Assembly (NCBI GenBank): GCA_045649485.1
Contig: JAZRPZ010000112.1
Location: forward strand, 2,231-66,230
DNA: 64,000 nt
Origin: Clostridia bacterium
Lineage (GTDB): Bacteria > Bacillota > Clostridia > Christensenellales > Aristaeellaceae
Direction: 5' to 3'
Of this stretch, positions 54,109 through 63,390 are shown piece by piece. Every line of letters begins with the position of its first letter. The first letter of the stretch is position 1. A program made the position numbers and the translations under genes. Under the pieces are notes generated by a model. That model had not been told where the DNA came from, did not search any database, and saw nothing but the letters and a program-made list of their open reading frames with translations.

Positions 54109-55605
54109 TCAGTCAAACAGCACCTGTACCCTGGAAGCGTTGATTTCCGCTTCGCTCATGAGGTAATGGTCTGCGATATACATATAGTCTTCGGCGCCGT
54201 TCAGCTTGCCCAGCATACTGTCGCCCTTCATCACGCGGCGGCCGTCCTTATATTCGGGCACGTCGTATTCAAAGGCGATCTTTCCGCCCCTGGCAGGAAC
54301 GGTGTATTCGGCATATCTCTCATTGGCGCCGCTCCACTTGGGCATAAGCACCTTCAGAGTTATGCTGCGTACGGCGGTATTTTCCTCAACGATAAATTCT
54401 GCCTTGCCGTTTCGGATGTCGGATTCCTGACGGATGCGCAGAATGCCGCCGCCGATCTCAAAGGAAGCTACGGAAGAGGACATCATGGGCACGGTAATGA
54501 CATCGCCCTCGGTAATATAGCCGAAGGAAGCTGCCTTTTCCATACCCTCGCCGCCGCGCATGGTGCAGCACCAGCTGGCTTCGTAGGTACGCACGGTAAG
54601 TACATCACCGTTTTCACCCGCACCGGAGCAGGTATCGCAGCCCATGCCGCCGTTTGCGCGCTGAGAACGGCCCACGCCGTTTATCCATATGAGCCTTGCA
54701 AGGTCTGCATAGTCCGCATCATCGGTAAATTCATAGAGCTTCATGGCAACTATGAAAGAATCGATGATCGCGCAGGGCTCGGTCCACTCGGGACGTTCAA
54801 ACCAGTTGTAATTGGCATAATTTGCGGTCATGCCGTACTTGAGATAGATATCGAATATCTGCTTTGCGGAATCCAGATACTTCTCTTCGCCGGTAACGGC
54901 ATACATCCTGAGTATGCCTCTGCAGCAGGAAAGGGTAGCATGGGTCTGCACCTTGGAACCCACAACGTCAATATTCATGAACTCGTTGTGCATTTCATTG
55001 AGCAGGCTGCCCAGACGCTCATCCTTCGTGATCTCATAAAGCTGGCTGAGTCCGTCCATGGGAATGAATGCGCAGCCGGTATCGGTGGAGATGTGCCAGC
55101 CGCGGACCACGCCCGCAATATTGCCGGCGAATTCGCCGCCGATCACGCGCTCCTCGAGCTTTATGGGATATGTATCGAACTTGCCCAGAGTGGGAAGGAA
55201 AAGATTTTCGAATATGGTCTTTGCCATATCAAGAGCCTTCTCTTCTCCGGAATACATATAGTATTCGCACAGACCGCGCAGCAGCCAGCCATGGCCCGAA
55301 AGCTGCTGTTCGTCGAATTCACCCTCGGGAAGTATGCCCTTCAGATAGCCCTTCTCGTTGAAGTCGCCTGCCAGCGCATCCACATTCGCCTTGAGATAAG
55401 GGGATTCAAAGCCCGTTACCCTCGAAAGCAGCGTCTGCGCGAGAATTGTGCGGCCTTCCCAGTCTCCGGGCCAGCCCTGTACATCACTGGTGAATATATT
55501 TTCCGGACGATACGCGGAATCGGTCATGCGTCCCGCCAGCAGTGCGGTACGCGCGCCGAGATCGCCCAGCGGTCTGATATTTTTGGAATCTATATATTTC
55601 TTCAT
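54109..55605 (-). CDS. (alpha/alpha)6-barrel protein, DUF1680/GH127-like (tentative)
   Basis: Helical repeats GHGWLLRGLCEYY. Cys-rich motifs GCDTCSG and SWCCTMRGG are reminiscent of the GH127 Cys/Zn site. The family assignment is uncertain. Confidence 0.4.
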   Translation of the reverse strand: MKKYIDSKNIRPLGDLGARTALLAGRMTDSAYRPENIFTSDVQGWPGDWEGRTILAQTLLSRVTGFESPYLKANVDALAGDFNEKGYLKGILPEGEFDEQQLSGHGWLLRGLCEYYMYSGEEKALDMAKTIFENLFLPTLGKFDTYPIKLEERVIGGEFAGNIAGVVRGWHISTDTGCAFIPMDGLSQLYEITKDERLGSLLNEMHNEFMNIDVVGSKVQTHATLSCCRGILRMYAVTGEEKYLDSAKQIFDIYLKYGMTANYANYNWFERPEWTEPCAIIDSFIVAMKLYEFTDDADYADLARLIWINGVGRSQRANGGMGCDTCSGAGENGDVLTVRTYEASWCCTMRGGEGMEKAASFGYITEGDVITVPMMSSSVASFEIGGGILRIRQESDIRNGKAEFIVEENTAVRSITLKVLMPKWSGANERYAEYTVPARGGKIAFEYDVPEYKDGRRVMKGDSMLGKLNGAEDYMYIADHYLMSEAEINASRVQVLFD

Positions 55606-55622
55606 TTCAGGATCTCCTCATC

Positions 55623-56471
55623 TTATTCAACCGCATCGGGACGGAAAGTGATCATAGTCTCGTTCTTCTTTACGGTAGCGCTGCCGCCGCCCATTCCGAA
55701 CATGCCGCCGGGCTGTTCAATGGGGGTGTAAGTTCCGGCGATTATGCTCTCCAGGAGGAATATTGCATCATCCAGCACATTCGCTGCAAGAGGAGCGCCC
55801 AGCGCACGGAAATCGTGATGTCCGTTGTATATGCCGTCATACCTGTCCGACATATCCTTCATGCGCTTGAGACCTTTCAACGCGTCGGATATCTTCACGT
55901 AATTGACATCTCCGGGCGCGGAACGCAGCAGCAGATTGCAGTTCAGCGCGTCGCCAGAAAACAGACAGCGGCTCTTATCATCCAGGAATATCATGGAACC
56001 GGGAGTATGTCCCGGACATTCATATGCCGTCACCCTGCGTCCGCCGAGATCGAATACCTGTCCTTCCGTCATGGGAATGCGCTCGATATCACCCTCGAAT
56101 TCGACTATGTCGGTCTCGGGATCGTATGCATAATACCTGTCCGGAAACTTCTTCGGGAAGAAGGCCGAATAGCTCTTGCGCATTTCGATTCCGGCAGTAA
56201 CGGAAAATCCTGCGAAATCCTTTTCGTTCATGTGATAGCATCCGAACTGACCTGCGCCGCCGGTATGGTCGCCGTGTCCGTGACTCATAACGACTGTGTA
56301 GGGTTTATCCGTCAGTTTTTCTATCATTGCCTTAAGGTCGCCTATTCCGATACCGGTATCTATCACCAGCGCGCGTTCATCGCCCACCAGCAGAAAGACG
56401 CTGCCCGTATCGAATATATCTATTTCGTATGTTCCTTCGGAAATCTGTACAACGGGGAAAAGTTCGGTCAT
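55623..56471 (-). CDS. MBL-fold metallo-hydrolase
   Basis: HxHxDH motif SHGHGDHTGG. Start at MTELFP is preceded by GGGAGG. Confidence 0.8.
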   Translation of the reverse strand: MTELFPVVQISEGTYEIDIFDTGSVFLLVGDERALVIDTGIGIGDLKAMIEKLTDKPYTVVMSHGHGDHTGGAGQFGCYHMNEKDFAGFSVTAGIEMRKSYSAFFPKKFPDRYYAYDPETDIVEFEGDIERIPMTEGQVFDLGGRRVTAYECPGHTPGSMIFLDDKSRCLFSGDALNCNLLLRSAPGDVNYVKISDALKGLKRMKDMSDRYDGIYNGHHDFRALGAPLAANVLDDAIFLLESIIAGTYTPIEQPGGMFGMGGGSATVKKNETMITFRPDAVE

Positions 56472-56534
56472 ATGTATCGCCTCCCTATAATAAGAAAATA
56501 TTACACCAAACACGATGCCCGCGTCAATATACTC

Positions 56535-56563
56535 TTGACTTAATCTGCCGTGCATGCTATATA
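56535..56563 (+). promoter_or_regulatory. Sigma-A-type promoter
   Basis: TTGACT, 17-nt spacer ending in TGc, then TATATA. Confidence 0.55.
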
Positions 56564-56603
56564 AATATCAAGATATTGCGCAAAAAGAAAGGAGCGGCAA
56601 TCC

Positions 56604-56786
56604 ATGGCAAAAAATGACCGATTCGAGAAAGTATATTCCCAGGGCGCATTCACCACTGTGGAGATATGGGTAGATAAGGAGACCGGCGTAAACTACCTCT
56701 TCCGTCAGAGCGGCTACGCAGGCGGCATGACTCCCCTGCTGGATAAAGACGGAAAACCCGTTGTGACCAAGTCCTACGAAAACTAA
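56604..56786 (+). CDS. Small conserved protein (DUF6440-like, 60 aa)
   Basis: Core VDKETGVNYLFRQSGYAGGMTPLLDKDGKP matches my recollection of the DUF6440 family. RBS AAAGGAG and its own terminator. Confidence 0.5.
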   Translation: MAKNDRFEKVYSQGAFTTVEIWVDKETGVNYLFRQSGYAGGMTPLLDKDGKPVVTKSYEN

Positions 56787-56817
56787 AAAGACTCCCCTTG
56801 AATGGGGAGCCTTTTTT
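56787..56817. terminator. Bidirectional terminator
   Basis: Hairpin AAAGaCTCCCC-ttgaat-GGGGAGcCTTT followed by TTT. Confidence 0.65.
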
Positions 56818-58060
56818 ATTTTGCTACCGGTATTGAATCCAGCGGAAGCGTAGCGCTGTCGAAGCGATGATATCCGGTCCACAGATATCTCACTTCACCG
56901 TTGTAATTTATCTCTACTTCTACCCACCAGATATCGTTGCTTGCGTCCCATGCGCGGCTCAGCACCTTCACATACTGACCGCTGAGCTTATATGTGCCTC
57001 CTTCCGCATATTTCGTGGAAGGACCCGTGCGGGTGGATATATTCTTCACAGCAAGTCCCCATACTCCGTCAAAGGTCTGCATGCCGCCGGAAGAAGCCGT
57101 GTTATCCGATATCGGTATGGATTCAAGCGGCAGAGTAGTACTGTCGAAACGATGGTAGCCCGTCCACAGATATCTCACTTCGCCATTGTAATGTATCTCT
57201 ACCTCTACCCACCAGATATCGTTGTTTGCGTCCCACGCCCGGCTCAGTACCCTGACATACTGACCGCTGAGCTTATATGTGCCTCCTTCCGCATATTTCG
57301 TGGAAGGACCTGTTCGGGTGGATATATTCTTCACAGCAAGTCCCCATAATTCAGCCGGCACTTCCTCATATGTATCTTCATATTCGCCCGTGCCATCAGC
57401 ATTCACATACTGAAGCTTCGGCAGATACCGAAGAACATCGGTGTCATAAACAGGATTATAGGAAACATCAATATACACAAGTTCAGAAAGCTGCCAAAGG
57501 TCATCGATACAGGTAATGTTATTGCCGGAAACATCCAGATACTTCAGCCCGCGCTGCATGGCCAGCGGTGATATATCATAAATGCCGCAGTTCCTGACGG
57601 TCAGGCTTTCAAGGCCCCTGTTTCTTCCGCCGCCGATGCCTTCAAGACTTTCAAGCGCGCAATCTTCTATGTGCAGATTCTTCAGCCCGTAGAATCCGTT
57701 GACGAAATAACTGTCATCGACAGGCGAAGCGATAATCGTTATCGTTTCGAGAGTATTCATCGTTCCGAGGCGGCTGAAATCATTAACCACAGTATGATCA
57801 AATGTTATCGCCGTGATATTCCTGCAGTTCAGTATATCGTATACCTGTTCTACGGAAACGTATTCGAAATACAGATATTCAACCGAATCAAGATCCGACA
57901 GATATACGGGTCCCTTGTCTCTGCCAAGCTGCGCACGTACCGCCTTTTCAACTTCTTTATCCACAAACGCGTACTTTCTGTCTCCCACGCTCATGGCAAA
58001 CGCACTGCCGCACAACATCAGCATTACCGCCGCAAGCATAAACGCCGCAATTCTCATCAT
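56816..58060 (-). CDS. Secreted leucine-rich-repeat protein with two C-terminal SH3b-like domains
   Basis: Signal peptide MMRIAAFMLAAVMLMLCGSAFA. Internalin-like LRRs (LESLEGI, LKYLDVSGNNI). Two 82-aa W-rich repeats. The start may instead be GTG 58069. Confidence 0.7.
   Translation of the reverse strand: MMRIAAFMLAAVMLMLCGSAFAMSVGDRKYAFVDKEVEKAVRAQLGRDKGPVYLSDLDSVEYLYFEYVSVEQVYDILNCRNITAITFDHTVVNDFSRLGTMNTLETITIIASPVDDSYFVNGFYGLKNLHIEDCALESLEGIGGGRNRGLESLTVRNCGIYDISPLAMQRGLKYLDVSGNNITCIDDLWQLSELVYIDVSYNPVYDTDVLRYLPKLQYVNADGTGEYEDTYEEVPAELWGLAVKNISTRTGPSTKYAEGGTYKLSGQYVRVLSRAWDANNDIWWVEVEIHYNGEVRYLWTGYHRFDSTTLPLESIPISDNTASSGGMQTFDGVWGLAVKNISTRTGPSTKYAEGGTYKLSGQYVKVLSRAWDASNDIWWVEVEINYNGEVRYLWTGYHRFDSATLPLDSIPVAK
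56828..57355 (-). repeat. Near-identical in-frame tandem duplication (285-nt period) encoding the SH3b-like modules
   Basis: Units beginning at 56828 and 57113 share long identical runs, for example CTGAGCTTATATGTGCCTCCTTCCGCATATTTCGTGGAAGGACC. Confidence 0.8.
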
Positions 58061-58183
58061 CTTATTCACAACAGATCCCCTTCCCCCTGCATTATTTATC
58101 GGCCGCATGATTTGCCGCCGTGCTACCTTTCCCATTTCCGGCATAACATCAAGGGAAAGACAGGGCATCATGGAGGTAATCAT

Positions 58184-59698
58184 ATGGCATTTGAAACAAA
58201 AAAACAGACCGTAGAAACCGAGGTTTGTATAGGCAGCGGCACATCCCAGGCACTTGCCCGTGCCGAAACGCTTGTACCCGGCGCAGGTCGCGAAACTATA
58301 GATGTACTGCTTGCGGACGCGCTTGCCGCCGTGGATTCCGTAGAATCGCAGACAGACAGGCTCGTAGTCGAAGGCACCGTGCGCTGTCAGGCGGCATACC
58401 GTCAGGGCAGCGAAAGCACGCTGCGTTCGGTGGAGGCGCAGACACGCATTTCTCAGGTATTTGATATGCCCGGCGCATCTCCCGGAATGACCGTCCGCGC
58501 ATGCTGCAGCGTTGAACATGTTGACGCACGATATGAAAACGGTCACATGGTATTTCTGGTAACCGTGAGTGTGTCCGCGCAGGCATTCAGACTTTCACCC
58601 GTTGAGGTAATTACAGGCATCGATTCTTCCGGCTCGGCCGAGACCCGATTTGAAGAGATATGTACCTGCCGCATAACCGCCGAAACAGCCGCCATGCACT
58701 CGCTGCGTCAGGAAACCACCCTGCCCGCCGCACTGGATGCGCGCACTTCGCTCATGGAATGGGGCGAAGTATGGGTCGAAAGCTGGGAAAGCGATTTGGG
58801 CGGCATACGGGTGAAGGGACGGCTCAATACCGAGACCCTCATATCAAGCGGCATCGAGGGACATCCCGCAGCTTCGGTACGCAATATATTTGACTTTGAA
58901 CAATTGGCAGAAGTTCCCGAATGGCTGGCAAATGACGTATGCGCCGAGGCTGAATTAAAGAATATATCCACCCGTGTGGAGCAGGGCGGCGAACGCGAGG
59001 ATTCCGTGCTCATAACCGAAGCAGAAATTGCCGTACGGGTGACATCCATGGGCAAGGATCGCGTTACCGTACTTTCGGACGCCTACACCACTTCCGGAAA
59101 TCAACTGGATATCGCTGCCGAAGAGTACGGGCTGTGCAGCGATATACGCTGCGCAAAGCTTACCGAAAGCATCAAAGGCACCCTGCTGCTCAGCGAAAAC
59201 GTACCCGGCGTCGGCAGCGTGACAGCCGTATCGGTACATCCCAACATAAGCGGTATAAGCGGCGAAGGCGAAAGCATAATAGAGGGCGTAATCGAAGCCA
59301 CGGTCTTATACATGCCGGGCGGCAGCGATATACCCGCATCCGCACGCAGCGAAATGCCCTTTACCATTAAAATACCCGGCGCCGGTGATTGCAGCATGGT
59401 CTCTGTAAGGGTACTCAGTGCCGAAGCAAGCACGCTGATGAGCGACCGCGTGGAATTGAAATGCTCGCTCGGCATAACCATATTCAGCCGCGACGAAACC
59501 GAAGCCACATTGGCAATCGACGTATCAGAAGGCGAATCCGTAAAAAAACGTCCCGGAATAATCATCGTATGGCCTTCCGCAGACGATTCCGTATGGAACA
59601 TTGCCAAACGATACCGCACTGCACCGTCTGAAATCAAAAAGATAAACGGCGGCAGCGAATCTCTGGAAATCGGAAAATCGCTCATAATAAAAATATGA
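58184..59698 (+). CDS. DUF3794/SPOCS-repeat protein with a C-terminal LysM domain (SipL-like spore morphogenetic protein, tentative)
   Basis: C-terminal LysM IIIVWPSADDSVWNIAKRYRTAPSEIKKINGG...GKSLIIKI. The N-terminal beta-rich repeats resemble DUF3794. Start at MAFETKK is preceded by GGAGGT. Confidence 0.6.
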   Translation: MAFETKKQTVETEVCIGSGTSQALARAETLVPGAGRETIDVLLADALAAVDSVESQTDRLVVEGTVRCQAAYRQGSESTLRSVEAQTRISQVFDMPGASPGMTVRACCSVEHVDARYENGHMVFLVTVSVSAQAFRLSPVEVITGIDSSGSAETRFEEICTCRITAETAAMHSLRQETTLPAALDARTSLMEWGEVWVESWESDLGGIRVKGRLNTETLISSGIEGHPAASVRNIFDFEQLAEVPEWLANDVCAEAELKNISTRVEQGGEREDSVLITEAEIAVRVTSMGKDRVTVLSDAYTTSGNQLDIAAEEYGLCSDIRCAKLTESIKGTLLLSENVPGVGSVTAVSVHPNISGISGEGESIIEGVIEATVLYMPGGSDIPASARSEMPFTIKIPGAGDCSMVSVRVLSAEASTLMSDRVELKCSLGITIFSRDETEATLAIDVSEGESVKKRPGIIIVWPSADDSVWNIAKRYRTAPSEIKKINGGSESLEIGKSLIIKI

Positions 59699-59702
59699 TC
59701 AC

Positions 59703-59736
59703 ATAAAAACGTACCCGCCTTAAAACGGCGGGTACG
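59703..59736 (-). terminator. Intrinsic terminator of thrC-thrB
   Basis: Perfect 10-bp stem CGTACCCGCC / GGCGGGTACG. On the minus strand it is followed by TTTTTAT. Confidence 0.8.
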
Positions 59737-59751
59737 CTCAGGTACAGATAT

Positions 59752-60648
59752 TCAGATAACGCGCGCGCCTGCACGGTCGCAGTCCAGCATATAGCAGTTC
59801 CACTCATTCTCAAGGGCGGAAAGCACACGATTCATGCGGGTAACAAAGCCTTCTGCTTCGGTATCCTGCACGACGCACAGTATGGTGGGACCAGAACCGG
59901 AGATGACAACACCGTCCGCGCCCGCATCAATGGCACGTGTGCGTATAAGCTCATAGCCCTTGATAAGCTTTGCACGGCTGGGCTGATGCAGCCTGTCATC
60001 AAGCGCTGCGGCTATGAGCTTGGAATCGCCCGTCTCAAATGCACGGGGAAGCAGGGACAGGCGGCTCAGGTTGAACACCGCATCCTTGAAAGAGACCTCT
60101 GTCGGCAGCGCCTTACGGGCTTCTGCTGTGGAAACGGGGAAATCGGGCACCAGCGCCACGAATTTCAGACTGTCGGAAACATCATAGTGAGCGGATACGG
60201 GCAACTGACCTTTGTCGGCAACTGAAGCGCACAGACCACCGTATATCGCAGGAGCAAGGTTATCGGGATGTCCCTCAATATTTGTAGTTATCGCAAGCAG
60301 CTGCTGTTTGGAGAGAGGGCATCCATATATCTCGTTTGCTGCAAAAGCGCCGGCAACGAGCATTACTGCCGAGGAACCCAGACCGCGCGCAACAGGGATA
60401 TCGGAATCTATTTCTATCTCCAGACCACGGTGTCCCACTCCGATGAAGTCTTCCACCGCGCGGAAAGCCTGCGCAGCCATGTTGTCTTCACCGCGGAATT
60501 CTTCAGGACAGCCCCTGATAGAAAGACCGTTATCGGTAGCGCGGAAGTTGGCATAGCAATACATATTGAGGGCAATGCCCATGGTATCGAAACCTGCGCC
60601 CAGGTTTGCGGATGTCGCAGGCACTTTGAGCCTTATCTTCTGATTCAT
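59752..60648 (-). CDS. thrB: Homoserine kinase
   Basis: GHMP kinase motifs PATSANLGAGFD and GLGSSA. Start at ATG 60648 is preferred over the TTG that overlaps the thrC stop. Confidence 0.9.
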   Translation of the reverse strand: MNQKIRLKVPATSANLGAGFDTMGIALNMYCYANFRATDNGLSIRGCPEEFRGEDNMAAQAFRAVEDFIGVGHRGLEIEIDSDIPVARGLGSSAVMLVAGAFAANEIYGCPLSKQQLLAITTNIEGHPDNLAPAIYGGLCASVADKGQLPVSAHYDVSDSLKFVALVPDFPVSTAEARKALPTEVSFKDAVFNLSRLSLLPRAFETGDSKLIAAALDDRLHQPSRAKLIKGYELIRTRAIDAGADGVVISGSGPTILCVVQDTEAEGFVTRMNRVLSALENEWNCYMLDCDRAGARVI

Positions 60649-60662
60649 AGCAATCTGTCCTT

Positions 60663-62126
60663 TCAAGCCTCGGCGTAGTCACTCAGACCGCACACGTCCA
60701 CAACATCTTTATGTATTTCTTCCATTCCCCTCAGGGATTCGAGATTTGCAGGCACGGGCACGCCTGTTATTGCATTCAGCTTATCGAGCGCGTCAAATCC
60801 GGTATATCCCTCTTCACCCAGTGCACAGAGCACATCTCCGGCAAATTTATAGGGAGATGCGGTGGAAAGCACCACCATGGGACGCTTGTCGCCGGTATTC
60901 CCGATATATTCCTTTGCAACTGCCGCGCCGACAGCAGTGTGGGTATCGATAAGATAACCGTCGTTTTTCCATGTGTCGTTTATTGCCTTGAACGCAGCTT
61001 CGTCATCTGCGCATCCGGCAGCGAAATCATTGCGGAAGGCTTCCATCAGCTTTTCGGGGGCGGTATACACGCCCTCGGTATTGAGCTTCTGCATAAGTTC
61101 CTTCACAAGGCCGCAATCGCCGCCGCTCATAAGATGCAGGCACCTTTCCAGATTGCTGGATACCAGAATATCCATGGAAGGCGAGGCAGTCTTGAAAAAT
61201 TCCCTGCGGCGGTCGTAAACGCCGGTGTTGATAAAATCGGTGAGGACATTGTTCCTGTTGGACGCACAGATAAGCTTGCCTACGGGCAGACCCATCATGC
61301 GCGCATACTGACCTGCCAGAATATCGCCGAAATTACCGGTGGGCACGGCAAAATTCACCTCGTCGCCCATCTTTATATCCCCGGCTTTCACAAGGTCGAT
61401 ATAACTCTTGAAATAATAGGCTACCTGCGGCGCAAGGCGGCCCAGATTTATAGAATTTGCACTGGAAAGACGTACACCCTTTTCATTCAGCCTTTCGTTA
61501 AGCGCAGCGTCGCCGAATACCCTCTTGACGCCTGTCTGCGCATCGTCGAAATTTCCGCGCACAGCGCAAACACGCACGTTTTTGCCCTGCTGAGTGCACA
61601 TCTGACGGCGCTGTATCTCGCTGACTCCGCCGTAAGGATAGAAAACGGTAATGGAAGTGCCGGGCACATCGGCAAATCCTGCAAGGGCTGCCTTGCCGGT
61701 GTCACCGCTTGTTGCGGTAAGTATACGTATCTCATCATCGACGCCTTCGTTTTTTACGGCGCGGGTAATGAAATAGGGCAGAAGTGAAAGCGCCACATCT
61801 TTGAATGCGGAAGTGGGACCGCGGAAAAGTTCAAGGAAATACATGTCCCCCGCCTTCACGGTGAGAGTTACTTCTTCGGTCTCAAAGCGTCCGAGATAGC
61901 CCTTTTTTACTATCTCCAGCATTTCTCCGGGAGCATAACCGTCCAGTATATTTTCCAGAATGTGGGCAAACAGCTCATGGGCAGACATTTCCATAAGCGC
62001 GTTCAGGTCAATTTTGTTGAAGCTTTCGGGCACATACAGGCCTCCGTCGGGAGAAATTCCGCGAAGAATCGCTGCATCCGCAGTTGCCGATATTGCCGCA
62101 TCACGCGTGCTGTGGTATAATTTCAT
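60663..62126 (-). CDS. thrC: Threonine synthase
   Basis: PLP-Lys motif GPTSAFKDVAL. Long-form ThrC, about 490 aa. Confidence 0.95.
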   Translation of the reverse strand: MKLYHSTRDAAISATADAAILRGISPDGGLYVPESFNKIDLNALMEMSAHELFAHILENILDGYAPGEMLEIVKKGYLGRFETEEVTLTVKAGDMYFLELFRGPTSAFKDVALSLLPYFITRAVKNEGVDDEIRILTATSGDTGKAALAGFADVPGTSITVFYPYGGVSEIQRRQMCTQQGKNVRVCAVRGNFDDAQTGVKRVFGDAALNERLNEKGVRLSSANSINLGRLAPQVAYYFKSYIDLVKAGDIKMGDEVNFAVPTGNFGDILAGQYARMMGLPVGKLICASNRNNVLTDFINTGVYDRRREFFKTASPSMDILVSSNLERCLHLMSGGDCGLVKELMQKLNTEGVYTAPEKLMEAFRNDFAAGCADDEAAFKAINDTWKNDGYLIDTHTAVGAAVAKEYIGNTGDKRPMVVLSTASPYKFAGDVLCALGEEGYTGFDALDKLNAITGVPVPANLESLRGMEEIHKDVVDVCGLSDYAEA

Positions 62127-62141
62127 TTAACGTTTACTCCT

Positions 62142-62170
62142 TTGACAAGGGATACACTATATGATATACT
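62142..62170 (+). promoter_or_regulatory. Sigma-A-type promoter of hom-asd
   Basis: TTGACA, 17-nt spacer, TATACT. Located only 16 nt from the divergent thrC start codon. Confidence 0.65.
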
Positions 62171-62228
62171 GTTTTCGCAGAAAAAACAAGTGTTTTTCTC
62201 CGAAAGACACGAAAGGATTTGATTATTT

Positions 62229-63359
62229 ATGAAAATTGGGCTGCTGGGCGCAGGCACCATCGGCTTCGGCGTATGCGAAATAGTCGATAAACTGCCGCAG
62301 CTCGAGATCGCAAAGGTTCTCGACCGCCGCGATATTCCCGGTCTTGAGGGAAAGCTGACCCGCGATGTTGAGGATATACTTTCCGATCCTTCGATAGATA
62401 CCGTTGTAGAGCTTCTGGGCGGCGTTGAACCCGCCCGTACCTGGGCGCTGCGAGCACTGAAGGCCGGCAAAAACGTGGTCACCGCAAACAAGCTCATGGT
62501 GTCCGAAAGCCTGCCCGAACTGCTGGAAGCAGCAAAGGAATCCGGCGCATGCCTGCGCTTCAGCGCAGCCGTAGGCGGCGGCATCCCCTATCTTTTCAAT
62601 CTTATCAGGGCGCGCCGCGTTGACGATATCGTCGAGATCGGCGGCATACTCAACGGCACCACCAACTACATGCTGGATCTGATGCAGTCTCAGGGCATAG
62701 ATTATGCCGAGGTGCTGAAACTGGCTCAGGAAGCCGGCTATGCCGAGGCAGACCCCACTGCAGACGTCTCCGGCGGCGATACCAAGTGCAAGATCATGCT
62801 CTCCTCCTCCATTGCATGGGACGGACGCGTGAACAAGGCAGACATTCTCTGCGAGGGTATCACCTCTGCAGAGAAGCAGGATATCGACCTCATCTCCGCG
62901 CGCGGTTATGCCTGCAAGCTGCTCGCAAGCGCAAAGAAGACCGAAAACGGCATCAGCTGCTATGTTGAACCAACCCTGGTGCGCAGGGATACCGTCATCG
63001 GTTCCATCGCCCTTGTTGAGAATATGGCTTGCTTCACCGGCGTGAACGCAGGTCCTCAGCGCTTCACCGGCGCGGGCGCAGGCCGCTATGCCACTGCCTA
63101 CGCCGTGGTAAACGATCTGATCGATGTTGACCAGAATCCCGCCGCCTTCGCATTCACTGTTTCCGACAAGCCCATCACTGTGGATAATTCCGCAGAGAAG
63201 CACTGCTACATGGTGCGCGGACTGGATATCGAAGGCGCCGACAAGATCGCAGACAACACCTGCATCACCGGCGAGATCTCCGTAACCGAAATGCATGCCA
63301 TGGCAAATGCCGCACGCGCAGAAGGCAAAAAGGTATTCTTTGCCGGAATCCGCGACTGA
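62229..63359 (+). CDS. hom: Homoserine dehydrogenase
   Basis: N-terminal NAD(P) fold MKIGLLGAGTIGFGV and catalytic-domain block GILNGTTNYML. Confidence 0.9.
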   Translation: MKIGLLGAGTIGFGVCEIVDKLPQLEIAKVLDRRDIPGLEGKLTRDVEDILSDPSIDTVVELLGGVEPARTWALRALKAGKNVVTANKLMVSESLPELLEAAKESGACLRFSAAVGGGIPYLFNLIRARRVDDIVEIGGILNGTTNYMLDLMQSQGIDYAEVLKLAQEAGYAEADPTADVSGGDTKCKIMLSSSIAWDGRVNKADILCEGITSAEKQDIDLISARGYACKLLASAKKTENGISCYVEPTLVRRDTVIGSIALVENMACFTGVNAGPQRFTGAGAGRYATAYAVVNDLIDVDQNPAAFAFTVSDKPITVDNSAEKHCYMVRGLDIEGADKIADNTCITGEISVTEMHAMANAARAEGKKVFFAGIRD

Positions 63360-63390
63360 AATCTCCATCCACCGAAAGGAAAGATATAAT

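Noticed and set aside
54166-55731. 521-aa plus-strand ORF, and similarly 53243-54166, 55815-56543 and 62223-63419
   Set aside because: They are antisense to the GH127-like, dipeptidase, MBL and hom genes, and have no translation signals.
57671-58546. Mutually overlapping N-terminal extensions of ORFs 56816-58546 (-) and 57671-59698 (+)
   Set aside because: A signal peptide plus RBS define the start near 58060 for the minus gene, and GGAGGT plus MAFETKK define 58184 for the plus gene. The extensions are antisense read-through of each other.
62127-62228. T-box or riboswitch upstream of thrC or hom (and upstream of rsgA at 16981-17401)
   Set aside because: There is no T-box 14-mer (AGGGUGGNACCGCG-like), specifier-loop architecture or known riboswitch core. 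Only short AT-rich hairpins are visible.
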